A stretch of 59,866 nucleotides of DNA from Negaprion brevirostris (lineage: Eukaryota). Below, one piece after another: positions 26,580 to 39,987 of this stretch. Position 1 is the stretch's first letter; the number at the start of each line of letters is the position of its first letter. A program made the position numbers and the translations under genes. The stretch is taken from assembly GCA_030324005.1 (NCBI GenBank), contig JARDVH010000059.1:76273088-76332953 (forward strand). Direction: 5' to 3'. The notes under the pieces are model-generated. The model had not been told where the DNA came from and searched no databases. It saw only the letters and a program-made list of their open reading frames with translations.

Positions 26580-26890
26580 TTACGAAGCATTCAGCTTTGG
26601 CAAATAACATACCCACCATACAGTGCCAGGCAATGACATCTCCAACAAGAGAGAATCTAATCATCATCTACTGACAATCAACATCATTACCACATGCTGA
26701 ATACTCCCCCCCCACCCTGTGTTTGGCTCTATTACAAGGTGCACTACAGCAACTCATCAAGAGCTCTTCATAGCATCTTCCAAACCCACCACTCCTGATG
26801 CCTGGAAGGTTAAGGGAAGCTGATGCGTGGGAACACTTTCACCAGAAGCTTCCTTCCAAGCCACACACCATCTTGAATTCAAACTATTTT
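26580..26890 (+). mobile_element. CR1-like LINE 3' fragments
   Basis: tgccaggcaatgacatctccaacaagagagaatctaa; acaaggtgcactacagcaactc...gcatcttccaaaccc match 2160-2190 and 5575-5635. Confidence 0.75.
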
Positions 26891-29800
26891 TCTAGGATGC
26901 ATTTCTATTTGCTTGGGGTGTATTTATACTACAAGGTTACTCTTGGTACATGAAATCAGGTTCAGTGGTCATACAAGACTTCAGAAACAAGGAACTTCTC
27001 ATTTCCAATGATCGGTAAACCAGCTAAGAGAAGAGAATTGTATAAAATTATCCCATCACCATCATCTCATTATAATTCAGCACTGAGTACATGGATCAAT
27101 GTGTTCTCATAGTAATGAAACCAAACCACCAGTATCCTAGCCTGTATACATATTCAAGGTCGGTTTCCACAATATTTTAAAAAGCACAATATTACAAATT
27201 GCTTCCAATAAATAATTTACAGCAATATGCAGAGCTAGGTATTGTTTTACAATACAACTAGCAGCAGTGCTTCAGTATCCTTACTACATGCCAGCAGTTG
27301 AGGTATTAGGCTTTTATCTTCATAAAATTTCCTTTATAGCCAGATAAAATATTGAACATTAGAGTAACTTTGAATCAAATTTCTCTCTCAACGAAGCAAG
27401 CTTGCCAGTTTTATGCTAGATTCTGCAACTTGGCAATTAGTCCATAAACAGACAGACCTATACACAAGTTAATTAAGTACATAAAATTGGCTGATCAGTC
27501 AGAAAACGTCTTCAGTTTCAAGCCTGTTGGCCCACCCAGTTTAGAAATTCTCATGGGCTTATTAACCAGCAGGAATTGCTTACTCTGTTGTAAAAGCAGA
27601 ATTATGCAGCCTGTTGAATTGATAGAAAGTAGCAGGTATAGAGTCAGACTATGGGGCCCCAGCACTCACCTCAATTTCTGGCCCATCCCATGATGTGGAT
27701 GTTGTCCATCCCATGATGTCATACCCCTCCTGACTTCACCCACCATCACTCCATGGAACTGAAAAGGCACCAACCACCAAAATACACAAACTGATCACCG
27801 CTTTTAAACTTGTAAATACACGTCTGCATGAATAATTGAACTGAAGTCCAAACTTATCTCTTGTCAGAGTGACAGTCAACATGGTTAATATTGCAAAGTG
27901 CAAAGTCTTGAGGAGAGAAAATGTAGAACTTGCTGACGGGCAACGAGTTAAGGAAAAAAAAAATCAGCCAGTGATTATCACTGCAGCGCAGGGCAGAATA
28001 AGCCAGTTCAGTGCAGGAGCAAATACTCCATTCAGTAAAAAGGTGTGCAAGCTGTCATTCAGTTGGCATGGTAATTTAGATAGTGTTCTTTTCCCTGTAC
28101 TTTTCCTTCACAAAATGAATTATGTCATCATAGGTAAAATCTTGTAAAGACGCACCAAACTGCAACTCGGTCCTCACACTCTCTCCTTCCCTGCCAGTCT
28201 ACAACCCTGACAAACTCCCTCCTCCCAGCACCCCCCTTCCTCAAACTCGCTCAGTCCCACTAGCTCACTCATCTCACTCTCCTGGGGTTTTTGAGGCAGC
28301 TTTCTGCTTTACTTATTGTCTTCTCATGCTGCTAAGGCTTGATTCGGCACCTCACACCTCGCTGTTTGTTGGCTGGCCTGCCCTCAGCCCTGATTGGGTC
28401 AAGTCACCCCCTCACTGCCAGTTGGATGTTGACTGACTGGCTCATGTTGGCCTGTGGGTTTCACCCAGCCCCTTGCCCTCACTGTTGCTGGTTGGCCTGC
28501 CCTCATCCCTGGGTCAAGAAACCAGCTGAATATGCCTTTCTCATGAAAGTGAAACACAGGATCTTCTGTCTCTCTCCTCGCCTAGTCACCTCTCGTTCCT
28601 TAGAGGCACATCTTAACATTGGGATAGGCTGTTTTCCCACTCCAGAGTCTGATGTCATGCTGCAGATTGTCAGGCTCTGATTCATGCCGGCGCAACTCCA
28701 TTGCCCAAAATTGGTCATGGTGCTGTGCCGAGGTGTGGGAGTCAGGAGTCAGCCATTAGCAGGTGCAAGATGTGGTCTGTTTGATCAGCATAAGTAAGTA
28801 TCAAGACCGACTTCTGCACGCAGTTTGTGGTTAGGAAGGATAAGGATTATTACTGAACATTGTGTGCCAAAATGTTAAGGACCCTGTACATCTGTGTGAA
28901 TAGTGATAAATATGCAAACTAAGGATTAAAAAGATGCTGAACAGTATTGGCTAAAAGTCACCAAACTGTAATGCTATTGTGTTTTAACTGTCATGTATTG
29001 GCTGCAAAATATTATAACTCTCCCTGTTTTACGGAACCTGGTCAGAATATCATAGCAAGATCCATTGTGTTGTTCTTCTTGTGCTCAAGCAATAAAGGCG
29101 TAGTTTTTGAATACTGTACATCGTATGGTTAATTCTTGACATAGGCACAGTGTGTTTCATTGTAAATCCACCACTGACAAGGTATTAAAAAAATTTAGTG
29201 TGTATTTAAAAATTGCCATGGAGAATTAAAGAGTCCAGTTTGTTATATTGAAATTAAGCTTTGTGCAGATTTTGGGTAATGTGCTGTTTCTGAACACTAA
29301 CACAGAGGTTCAATTCATACTTGGACTAAGTTCATGCAAATGAGGAGGAGTAGGAAGGCAACAACATGAACTAGGAATCACCCTGCAAAAAAGAAAGTTC
29401 TACTTTGACAGTACCTTTTACTGGTTGGACACTGGCTACAACGGACATCCGTGGCAGACCTGATAACAGATCTATTCTTCACAGCTGCAGAGTTTGGCAG
29501 TACAGTCACCACAGCATACTCCAATACAGCATCACCACTGGTGTCACAAACAACAACCTGATCATAAATCAGGAATTTAAAAGCCAAATGACTGTCTTTG
29601 GTTAATTTTGCAGGAATCCTGTGCTACATAAGTGGCCATCTTGTCTGGAAAGGTGGAGGGAGAGAATAGGCAATGATGCTTGCACCCTCCCACCCAACTC
29701 CCTGTCTGAATGTTAAAAAGTTAACCCTCTCTAGTTACTTACCTGGAACAGTTCTTGAACAAATCAGAAATAAATGGAATTTTGATCTTCAATATGCAAG

Positions 29801-30711
29801 TTCAAATTTGTGCAGTTCTGTGCTTCTTACAGATCTTAAATGAATATTTAATAATAATGACTGATATTGTGGTCTTTCAATAACGAATTAGAAGTGGTGT
29901 GCTGTCAAGTCACAGAAAGGAGATTTCTATTCATCTTGCTGCAACATACATATTGTTATCAAGTGGTTTTGGAGCCATACAAAGTGCATCTTTCAAATAA
30001 AGTGCAACACCACAACTGGATAAAGAAATCAATCCTGAATTTTTAATGTAATTAATTGAACAAGCAGGGTAATGCAGTTTTCAGCAGCACCCCAAAGACT
30101 GGATCTTCATTCAAGCAGCTCTCCAACCAATTTCAAAAGAATATCTCACCTCAGCTGGGACCATACTGCATTTTAAATTCTCCACTTTTCCTTTGAAGTA
30201 AGGGTGGGCATAACCAGTGGCACATCCTTTCAGTCAACATCTAGCTTACCTGCGTTGCACATGTCGAGAATCAATATACCTCTGAAGATTGGGACAGATG
30301 ATTTCAAAGCCCACATCTTCAAGGGGATAAACACGGGTGCTTCAGAGGCTCCTCTTCTGGCGTGTGGGAAGAATTTGGAATGGGAAGCTAACACCTTTCT
30401 GCGGGGATTCTGGGTCCATGGCAAAGCAAGCTGAAATACATGTGGCCCCAAACATCTAACTGGTCTAACTGTGGAGGCTCCACTCCCACATCTTTCAAAC
30501 TTGGGGCCAATGACAAGAGTTCGACACAGGTACAATCCCAATATAACAACCAGGATCCCACAGATTTTGTAGTTTTCAAAATCTATATATGATTGAACAG
30601 AAAGGATTAACTGATATAAGTCACTTTGTAACTGTGTAGAAAATGTGAAGGACAGCTAAATACAATAAACGTGAAGAATCCAGGGTATTAAATGAAGAAG
30701 TTAATCAAATG

Positions 30712-31064
30712 GTGATATGGTGGCACAGTGATTAGCACTACTGCCTCACAGATCCAGGAACTCAAGTTGAATTCTAGCCTTGGACGAGTGTGTGGAGTTT
30801 GCATGTTCTCCCGGTACCCGCATGGGAATCCTTTGGGTGCTCCAGTTTCCTCTCAAAGTCCACGGATATGCAGGTTAGGTGGATTAGCCATGCTAGATTG
30901 CCCCTTGATGTCCCAAGGCATGTAGGTTGGGAGGAGATTAGTGGGGTAAATGCATGAGGTTAAGGGAATGGGGTAGGGCTGGGACTGGCTAAGATACCGA
31001 AGGGTCAGTGCAGACTCAATAAGCCAACTGGCCCCCTTCTGCACAGAAAGGATTCTATGATTCC
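30712..31064 (+). mobile_element. HE1-type V-SINE, full length
   Basis: ggtggcacagtgattagcactactgcctcacag...gggtgctccagtttcctc...ggattctatgattc. Confidence 0.9.
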
Positions 31065-33169
31065 AATTACCACCAACGCAATTCAATTGGAGATTCAGTT
31101 TTATACTTCAAGATTTACAAAAAAAACTTATGAGAAATCATAGCCATTAGATCATTTTTTTTCCAAGAAAACACCAAGGACAACATTTCAGGTCTTTAGT
31201 CTCCATTGATGTTAATGCATTACAGAAAAGCCAGACACACAGAAGGATCAATACCTTTGCAAAGTTGATTAGAAACAAAAAAATGATTGGATAGATTGAA
31301 AATAGTGGAGAAGGTAGATATATAGAAACAATAAAAAGAAATAGCTTTTTAAAAATGAACTGTAAAAGGCATGAGGAGAAATAAGGTCCTAAGGAACACA
31401 AGACAGACTAGTACCATCAAGAAAAATAATCAACTCATTTCTGGCAACCAAACAGACAAAAAACAGCAATGAAGAAACCTGCAGCAAGCCAGTCCTATCA
31501 TCAGGAAAGTTAAATGATGATCAATGAGTTCACACTCATACTCCAGGGTCCAACCTTTGAAAATGTGCTGATTAAGGTTTGTGTTTCATCAAATACGGAT
31601 GCTTTTAAACACATACTTATTTTCAAATGTGACCCAGTTTCAAAATAGTATTTTCTTATTTCAAAACTGGAATGCCATATTTGGCAGCTTTGTCCAGTGC
31701 AGCAATACAACCAGTCTCTCAATTATTGAGACTCCAATAACTTCCCTGCTCCATTAAAATGTTCTGCTTGTGCTCGCTGAAAAAATATATACTTCTAGAA
31801 CCATGTCCTTATAGCTCTTGGAAATGCGTCAAAGGCTTCATGTATACCAAATCACTATGAAAATGCAGAGATTGTATATCACACAACATATGCTCTGACA
31901 AAGACTGATTGATAAGAAGGTAACGAAAAAAAACTTTAAGTGTTTATTGATACTACACAGCCAACCAGCCTTTACATGCAGCCTAAAAAAAGGCTGCATG
32001 TAAAATTACACCACGGCCCTCGTATCTCACCAACTCCATTGAAGTATGTAAGTCTTAATGCTGAAAATAGCTCTAAATATGGTGATCATTTACTCTGCCA
32101 CAAGTTTGAGCACAGTCATTTCTGGAAGATAAGGTCAGTCACACTCAGCATTTCCTCACATTCTAGAACTTAACCTTTACGGTTTTGGAATGTGGATGAC
32201 AGGGAGGAAAACAGATGCAGATAGGAACCCTTAACTGCAATTAAGAGACTTCTGCTGACAAATGCACTATTCCCCCATCAGTTTAATGAGCAATAAAGTT
32301 GCAATAATAAATGCATTCTGCTGACATTGAACCATAATATATTACTTTAACCTCTGAACAGGTGGAGTTGTTGGCAATAAACCGTCTCTTTATCATAAAC
32401 TATCAGGCATAACCTTGAGTCGACTCAACATCATATTCTAATTTGAACAGGTACGATCAAAAAATTCAATTGGTTAAGAAGGAGCAATTGTAACCAGTCA
32501 GTAATGGTTTATTTCCATAATTATCTCCCAAAAATAGCCACATAAAAAACTCAACTGGCCAACAGAAGGCCATGAATAAACAGAGGCCAGCACACTNNNN
32601 NNNNNNTCAGATTCAGAATTTCAAATCAATGCACGCAAAAAAGGTTGGCCACCCTACAATTTGGCCAGGATTTCCTGATGGACAGTTAAAGCCACTATAC
32701 AGAAGTCAAAAAGGCATTCTGGAGGGTGATGAATATTTATTTTAAAAGCAGTAATCAGGATTGGAAGCCCTACTGTTCATCCCTGGCACCTAGATTCAGG
32801 CAAGGCCTACACTGTTGGAGTGAAAGTCTTCATGCTCTGCCAACTGCCAGGATCCAACAAAATGGATTTTACTTACCTCAATAATATTCCTAGAGGGTAC
32901 AAGCCCCAGAAAACTAACCACAAATTGGCTTAGCTGACAATCTCACTCAGGAAATCCTCCAGGGTAGCAGGTGGCAAGAATCAATATTTGATACTGGTAT
33001 AGTGAACAACAATCTTCCATAGTAAAAGATACATTTTGAAAAATGGTACATGGTAGAGGGATATCCACTTGATATTTGACCATGCTATACTTAACCTACT
33101 CTGTTTGGTGCTCAAAATGAAGAAGTGTGCTATTCACTAATCATGACGCACTACAAACATATATAGAAA

Positions 33170-34215
33170 TAGTCAAGCAAATTACACTTACATACAATCT
33201 TCCAAATCCTCAGGATGTTACAAAGTGATTCAGAGCCAAGGAAACGATTTTGAAGTGTAGTCACTTGAGGTGCTTTAATGCAGACAAACAACTGCTAATT
33301 TGTAAACAGCATCACCCACATTCAGCGTGGAGGCAAATGACTAATTAGAGGTGTCGGTCATGGATAAGTGTTGGCTAGGATACCAAAATAATTCTGCTCC
33401 TCTTCAAACTGTGCCATGTAATCTTTTATATTAATCTGAAAGAACACAGGCAACTTCACGCGGCAACAAAAGACAACCGGGTTGGGGGTGGGGGGAATGG
33501 GGGGGTAGGTAAGTAAGGGGGTGGGCAGATTCTCCCAGCCTGCTGCAGCACAGTGGGCCGGGAGACAAAAGGGTTTCGTGGATTCCCCGCTGGTGCCACA
33601 GCCTCCGTACTTCTCCGGCCAACGGGATTTCAGCTCTGCACCAGAAATTAGCATGAAGCTGATTTAAAATGTCATTAGCAGGCCTGGGACTAAAGTTATG
33701 AGGCCTGCTAGAGTCTTTCCCCACCCCTGGCTGTCCAGCGGGGTTCATAACAGATCCCCACTAATGGGGAGCTGGCAGCCTGAACCCATTTAAGTGAAGG
33801 GGGCAATTGGAGTTCTCCCAGGAGGTTGGGAAAAAGGGGGAGTGCCCCCTAGGCATTGCCAGCCTGGCCCTCTAGCATTGCTCAAGGGGTCAGGACCTGT
33901 GGGGCGGCAGGGGTGGAAAGAGAGATCGGTGGGGATTGGGGGTCCCGTTGCCACTCTGCATTTGGGATCAGTGACAGAGGGAGGGTGGAAAATAATCATG
34001 AGATTGGAGCGTGGTGGGAGGCACAGAGTGTGGGAAGATAAATTCTGAAAATCCTGCTGAAAACAAAATAGCGAGATCTACTCCAGTTTTTATGCAAACT
34101 TGGCACTTAGAATCTTTTTGGGAGAATCCCAACCAACGCCTTTGAGAGGGAAGCATTCACTCAGTACTGTACTGAAGGATTAATAAATGGATTTACTGGA
34201 GTGGGGCTTGAACAT
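33170..34215 (-). mobile_element. Deu-domain SINE split by a GC-rich insertion
   Basis: Reverse Deu core tttgaagtgtagtcact...tgttggctaggatacca...ctgctcctcttcaaa at 33250-33410; head portion gcattcactcagtactg...gggcttgaac at 34150-34215. Confidence 0.65.
33520..34060. mobile_element. GC-rich MITE-like non-autonomous DNA element
   Basis: Abrupt GC rise; imperfect inverted termini gggcagattctccc ... gaaaatcctgc; interrupts a SINE. Confidence 0.45.
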
Positions 34216-36224
34216 GTGGGTCTTCTGGGGAAGGCAAAATTGCAATCACTATGTTACCTAGGAAACATAGTTACCATTGCTTGAGGTTTATGGCAATTTG
34301 TATACTAAGAGTCAATGCTACCACATGCTAACATATTCAGTTACACAAAACGTAATATCGCATGTGGTGTGAAAGATGCTCCATGAGATTATTTGGACGT
34401 CAGCATCAGCTCACAGCAGTGTCCTATTTTACTTGACCAAATCAACCATCTCATTTAAAACAGGTACCACAAATGAAATTTAAAATGTCAACCTAAAAAG
34501 GATGGCTCTAAAGAGCTGACTTTTGGAGCATATGGATGACATATACAGCACAGATTTTTAAGACACCTTCTTTCAGAATTGGTAAGCTGACGAAAAGGAT
34601 ATCCACAAGTTGACTCACTCTGATAACGAATGGTCAGTTCACCAATCTCATTCAACTACCCAAATGGCTCATCTGATATTTTTCTTTATCTCATTAGTTG
34701 TTTTATTTACCATGAACAATATGGAGGAGGCAATGTCAAGTTTCAGCAAACAAACTGCAAGAGCATATTACTGAATCAAAACATTGGAGACGATCTTTTT
34801 CAATATTTAACTTCCTGACAAAGCAATTCTGCAAGGATTTGCAAACTGATAACCTACCACACTTTATATACAGATTTAAAAACTTGGACAAAGTCAATAC
34901 CAAAGCATGACAATTGTCTGACATATTAAATACGATACACATATGCAACTTTGTTGTCTTACATCACACCATCTCAGTTTACAATTAGCAAAAGTTACAT
35001 TTAATTTCTTCAGTTCGTAAAATTGCTAAATATACATCATACAAAATAGCTTATACAAATTAAGGGTTGTCACTCAAGTCTAGCCAAGTTCACCAATATA
35101 TTGGGGCTGATATGCTAAATTCAGGATATCAATCGGAATTTGCTGAGCTTCAACTGAAATGGATTAGAGGAGTTTAACAGAGCCAAGAGTGTTTTTCAAA
35201 GGAAAGGAGAGATGTCTCTAAAGGGAGAATAATATGGTGACATATTAGTCTCCCTTTCGAGTCTTGTTAATGGAGCAAAATCTCCATCCTATTCTTAAAT
35301 TTTTTTATTGGTTAATTAAGTATACATCATGCAGGGTTGGTTATGTCACCAAGGCTAGCTGCTGAGAAATTCACAACTGTAGAATTTCTGATTTTTCAGT
35401 AAGGCACACTCTTCCACGACTGCTATAGGAACACAATCCCACAAAGTCCAAAAAGATTAGGTACAAACTGATTGTATTAAATGTTTGGGCTCTCTAAACC
35501 TGTATAGGGTATTGAAGGATCAAGTTAAAACTGCAGAGGTTACCAGCACAGAATCCTGGCAAAGCTCTGACTCTTCATCTAGTTAGGGTCACCTGACAAT
35601 TAAGATGTTGGCCATCATGGCATTCTGCAGCCAAGTAGGACAAATCCTAGTGTCTAATAAAGGATTACCATTCCAAGTTTCACCAGTGAAACTGACTGGC
35701 TAATCATACCTTGACATATTATGGACCTGTCCTAATTATCAATTACCAAGCTTGCTTCAAGGAGTCAACTTAGTTTCAAACTAATCAGGCACATTACCTT
35801 AGAGTCTGCTTAATCCAAAAAGACTTTACATACCTCCTCTACACTCCAAGGATAGTCACTGGTTGGCCACTAGACAACTGAGAAACATACCACTAGCTGG
35901 CCTTTGTAAGTAGTGTGATGGTACGTCACCATGAAACGGTGCTGCTAATCACAGCATTCACACACATCCCAAACCCTATAGAAAGGTGGATGAAATGACA
36001 AACTTCAGCAGTACCTGTTCATTTCTTAAAAAAAAAAAATCGAATCATGGTACCTATCATAGCCTAGTTATAGGATGGCATAGCCTCATAATTGGTCTGT
36101 AGGCATCCCTCAGTTCTTCAACTCTGCAATGTGGGCATCTGCTTTCAGTGTGCTGGACGACCTTAACTGGGTAGCTTGTACCATTCTAGTCATGGTACAA
36201 GCTAAAATAGGATAGATGATGTGT

Positions 36225-36568
36225 CATTTTGAATGGAGCATAGAGTAGACAAGAAGAAACTTTCACACTGGTAGAGAGATGAATGATGAGAAGCCAAAGA
36301 TTTAAGATAAGGGACAGGAGTTTTAGCAGGCATATATGGAAAACAATTTTCACTGAACGGGTGGTGGGAGTCTGGAACTCACTGCCCATGAAGATGGTGA
36401 AGGCAGAGATCCTCATTATAGCTAAGTAGTATTTAGGTGTGCACTTGCAATACCAAGACATACAGGCTATGGGTCAAATGCTGGGCTAGAATAGTTAAGT
36501 GGTTTGCCTTTGCCTGGCAAACGTGATGGGTCGAAGGACCATTTTCGGTGCTGTAAACCCCTATGACA
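36225..36568 (+). mobile_element. CR1 3' end
   Basis: ttttcactgaacgggtggtgggagtctggaactcactgcc (~FTERVVGVWNSLP); tail tgctgtaaacccctatgac. Confidence 0.85.
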
Positions 36569-37203
36569 ATATCATCTGCAGGAAGAAAAGCCTCAATCCC
36601 TAGAAGAGACAAACTCAAGCCTGTCCCTCAATAGGCCAAATAAAACATAGTTGGTGAAAACACCAAATAGAATGACAGTGGACAACTGTGCTTTAGGCCC
36701 CTTCAACAGAGTTCCCCAGCCACCTTACATTGATCTTCACAGCTACAATAAGAAGCCTAAATAAAACTGAAAATTTGGCCATGTACTATTGTAAGCTTTT
36801 CATTTTCCCTATTCAACACTTAACTGTACAGTCACAGGGGAAATAATAATCAATGATAGTAACGTAGGTGGCCTCCTCAAGCCTTTCAATCTTCAAAAAG
36901 AGCCTCATTCTATTCTTAACATTGCTTACAAAGGAAGAGTCCAATTTATGTTATCGACGTTGTGTCTGTTCAACCAGATAATTACAAAGTGCCACTCTCA
37001 GGTTTGAGGACAGTTTATAGAACCTGTTGGTCAGCAGTGGGGATAGCACAGCATTGTTTTGGAACAGTGTCAAAAAAATACATGAAAAATGAAAATATAT
37101 TGTTCAGTTTCAAGACTTAGCTGATTTAAGCAAGTTGACATTTACTCATCATGATTTACAGTAATAGGTAATCTAATAATAATCTACTAGATATAAAACT
37201 TCA

Positions 37204-38987
37204 TGTGGGAGATAGCGCAGCCCCTTTAAAAGGCAATCCTTCACAGGCCACGTACCATGCCAGAACTAATGAAGCATGAGGCAAGGCCTATCAGGAGTGA
37301 GGGTGCCCATTCCCAGGGTTGGAGGCTGCAGTCGGAGTCAGGGCATTGTTAGGAGTAGACCTGTATAAGCGCCCTACTAAACCCTTCATTGTATAAACAA
37401 TCCCGGCTTAATCACTGAAGGCCACACTGCAGAGTTAGAGGGAGTAGGAGAGCAAACACTCCAAGTCGGAGTTCAAAAGGAGAAAAGATAGAAACTCCAT
37501 CAGGAAAATAGAGCCGTTTGATCTTGAGATCAAGAGTTGGGGGCAATTCATCGAAAGACTGTGGTATTTTTCCATAGCAAACGAAACAGCAGCCATGGAG
37601 AAACAGAAAGGCTGCTCATAATCTGCAGCCCACAAACTTACAATGTGGTGAGAAATTTGATGTCACCCAAAACTCCAGACACAAAAATCTTGGATTGGTT
37701 AGTAAATTTAGTTAAGGGTCACTATAAACCCTGACCTTCTGTTATCAAACAAAAGTACAAATTTCATTCTGCGGTTTGGGAGCTAGGAGAAACTGTCTCC
37801 TGCTTTGTGGCCAAGCTTCCATGACTGGCTGAGCACTGAGTGTTCAGGCTTTTATTGGGAGACAGTTAAGTTTGTGGGATCAACAACCTCAACACCCAAA
37901 ATAATGAAAATGCTGGAAAAACACAGGAAGATGTCTGACAACATCTATGGAGAGAGAATAGAGCCAACATTTTGAGTTTGGATGATCCTTCGTCAGAGTT
38001 CACGAAGGGTCATGAAACTGACAAAGGTTCATCCAGACAAAACGCCCAGCTTGCCCAGTGCCATATGCCTTACGCCAGAAAGTAGGTGTTGAACGGAAAA
38101 GACTGGAAGACCTGGACATCAAGCTTGGGCTGTGCTCATCAACCTCATCCTGAAACCTGATCGTACTGTGGAGGATCTGCAGGAGACTATAAAGTAACAG
38201 TAAACAGAGGATCATTACTCCATTCCAAGGTTAGATGGCCTCTATGAAAAGTCAGCAGGGGGTCTCAAATGTACTAAATTAGACCTAAGTCACGCTTATT
38301 AACAATTGGCATGGGAAGAGGACTCCAAAAACTTAGTTACAATAAATATACACAAGGAGTTATATCAGTCCACCAAAATGCCATTTGGTTTCTCATCATC
38401 CTGCACAACTTTTCTGTGCACCATGGAGAGCCTGTTGCAGGAATCCCCAAAGTGGTGGTATACTTGGACAATATTCTAATTACAGGTTTGTCTCCTAAAA
38501 TCATAAGGTCCTTAAAAGGTTTAAGGAAGCTTTTCTAACTCAGGAGGTTATGGAGCTCAGTTTCAAAGTGGATGAAGAAGGGTTGCATCCCCTCAAAGAT
38601 AAAGGTAAAAGCTATCAAAGGAGTGCATGTGCTTAGGAATGTGACAGAACTTAATGGTCAGTTACTATGGAAGGTTCCTGCTGAATGTAACAAAAATTCT
38701 GGTTACCCTACATCACCTTTGAAAAAGCGATGGAAGTGGGGAGTGGCAGTGGGGGTGGGGGGGGGGTGTGGTGGTGAGCAGTTTGGTATTGTAGCCCCTT
38801 TAATGGGCGAGCTTTAGGCCCAGTCACACGAGACACAATCAGGAGCAAGGGCATGCATTCCCGGGACTGGAGGCTGCGACTGTAGTTGGGCATTGTTTGG
38901 AGTAGAGCTGTATTGTTGTGCTGTCAAATCCTTCATTCTAAATAACTCTTCTCAATCAATAAATGCTTCAGATGGTTACTTGCCACA
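37204..38987 (+). mobile_element. Ty3/Gypsy LTR retrotransposon, internally deleted, both LTRs present
   Basis: Direct repeats ~37204-37428 and ~38767-38987 (gcccctttaa...atcaggag...cattccc...ggaggctgc...gggcattgtt.ggagtaga.ctgtat...ccttcatt). Gag IRKIEPFDLEIKSWGQFIERLWYF and TYNVVRNLMSPKTPD; RT PVPYALRQKV, DYKVTVN, KLDLSHAY, VVVYLDNILITG. A G-rich tract precedes the 3' LTR. Confidence 0.88.
37900..38045. mobile_element. Penelope-like inverted terminal fragment inserted in the Gypsy element
   Basis: gaaaatgctggaaaa...ggagagagaatagagccaacattttgag...ccttcgtcagag followed by inverted cgaagggtcat/ctgacaaaggttcatccagac. Confidence 0.8.
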
Positions 38988-39987
38988 TCATGCTGCTTTA
39001 TGTTACTACAATGAGGTTCAACTCTTTTGTCCTTTAACATTTATACAAGGCGTCACAAAAAAGTCAATTTTATTCAAATATTGAATATGTTGCAATGTTT
39101 TCAAGGATTCGGAATGAAGTGTAGTGGTATCCTTTGACATTAATCATAACAGCACAATTCTTTTTAACTAGATCCTATTCAGTGGCTGACTTGTATGACA
39201 AAATAAAACATGGATTACAGACTCAACTTTCACACAGATCTATAAAGTTCAACTTTAAAGAGGGGCACAAATTTTGCAGTAACAGATCAGCCACAAGNNN
39301 NNNNNNNNNNNNNNNNNNNNNNNNATTGAAATCACATTGAAAACATATACTGAAATTCCCACTTCTGGATTTGTAATCTCTTTTTAATAGTTGACATGAT
39401 TAATTTTTATTTAGGTTTTTTTAAAATAGCTTTTTTTTGTAAACAGAGTTATGGGCATTTATTAACATGAATCCATGTTTGGAACCTTTTTAATGTTGAA
39501 ACATAGCTAGGTTTTAACCCTAGATACAGATTAATGGAAGCTTCAACATGTTAACAGTTGCATGCCACTTGTAATAGCTATGCAATCTAAATGCACTATA
39601 TATAGATACCCTTGTAATCTACTGCAAATGATTCCTCATAATGCTGCAGTAATTACATCACAAAAATGAGGTTAATACCCACTTGTAAGCATCACAGCAG
39701 AGGTTTGAAGCAAATCAGAAAATACTGGATATACATAGGTCAGACAGCATGAAAAAACAATAGAAAACGTGAAGATATTTTTGGATGTTTACCCTTCATT
39801 AGAAGTGAAGATTGGTACAAACTTCTTCTCATCTAGTTATTTTTCACATTTGTTATTCCTTTTCACTTCTCTCCATCTCAATTTTAAATTTTTCTTTCAT
39901 GGGATGTGGGCATCATTGGCAAGACCAGCTTTTGCTGCCCATCTCTAATGGCCCTTGAACTGGACCAGAGGACAATTATGAGTCAAC

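Noticed and set aside
30250-30419. In-frame TGA as possible selenocysteine
   Set aside because: No selenoprotein-like motif and no SECIS identified; kept only as an exon candidate.
32870-32895. Isolated strong minus-strand donors (also ~45762, ~49451, ~58272)
   Set aside because: A few GGTAAGT 7-mers are expected by chance in 60 kb, and they lack convincing exon context.
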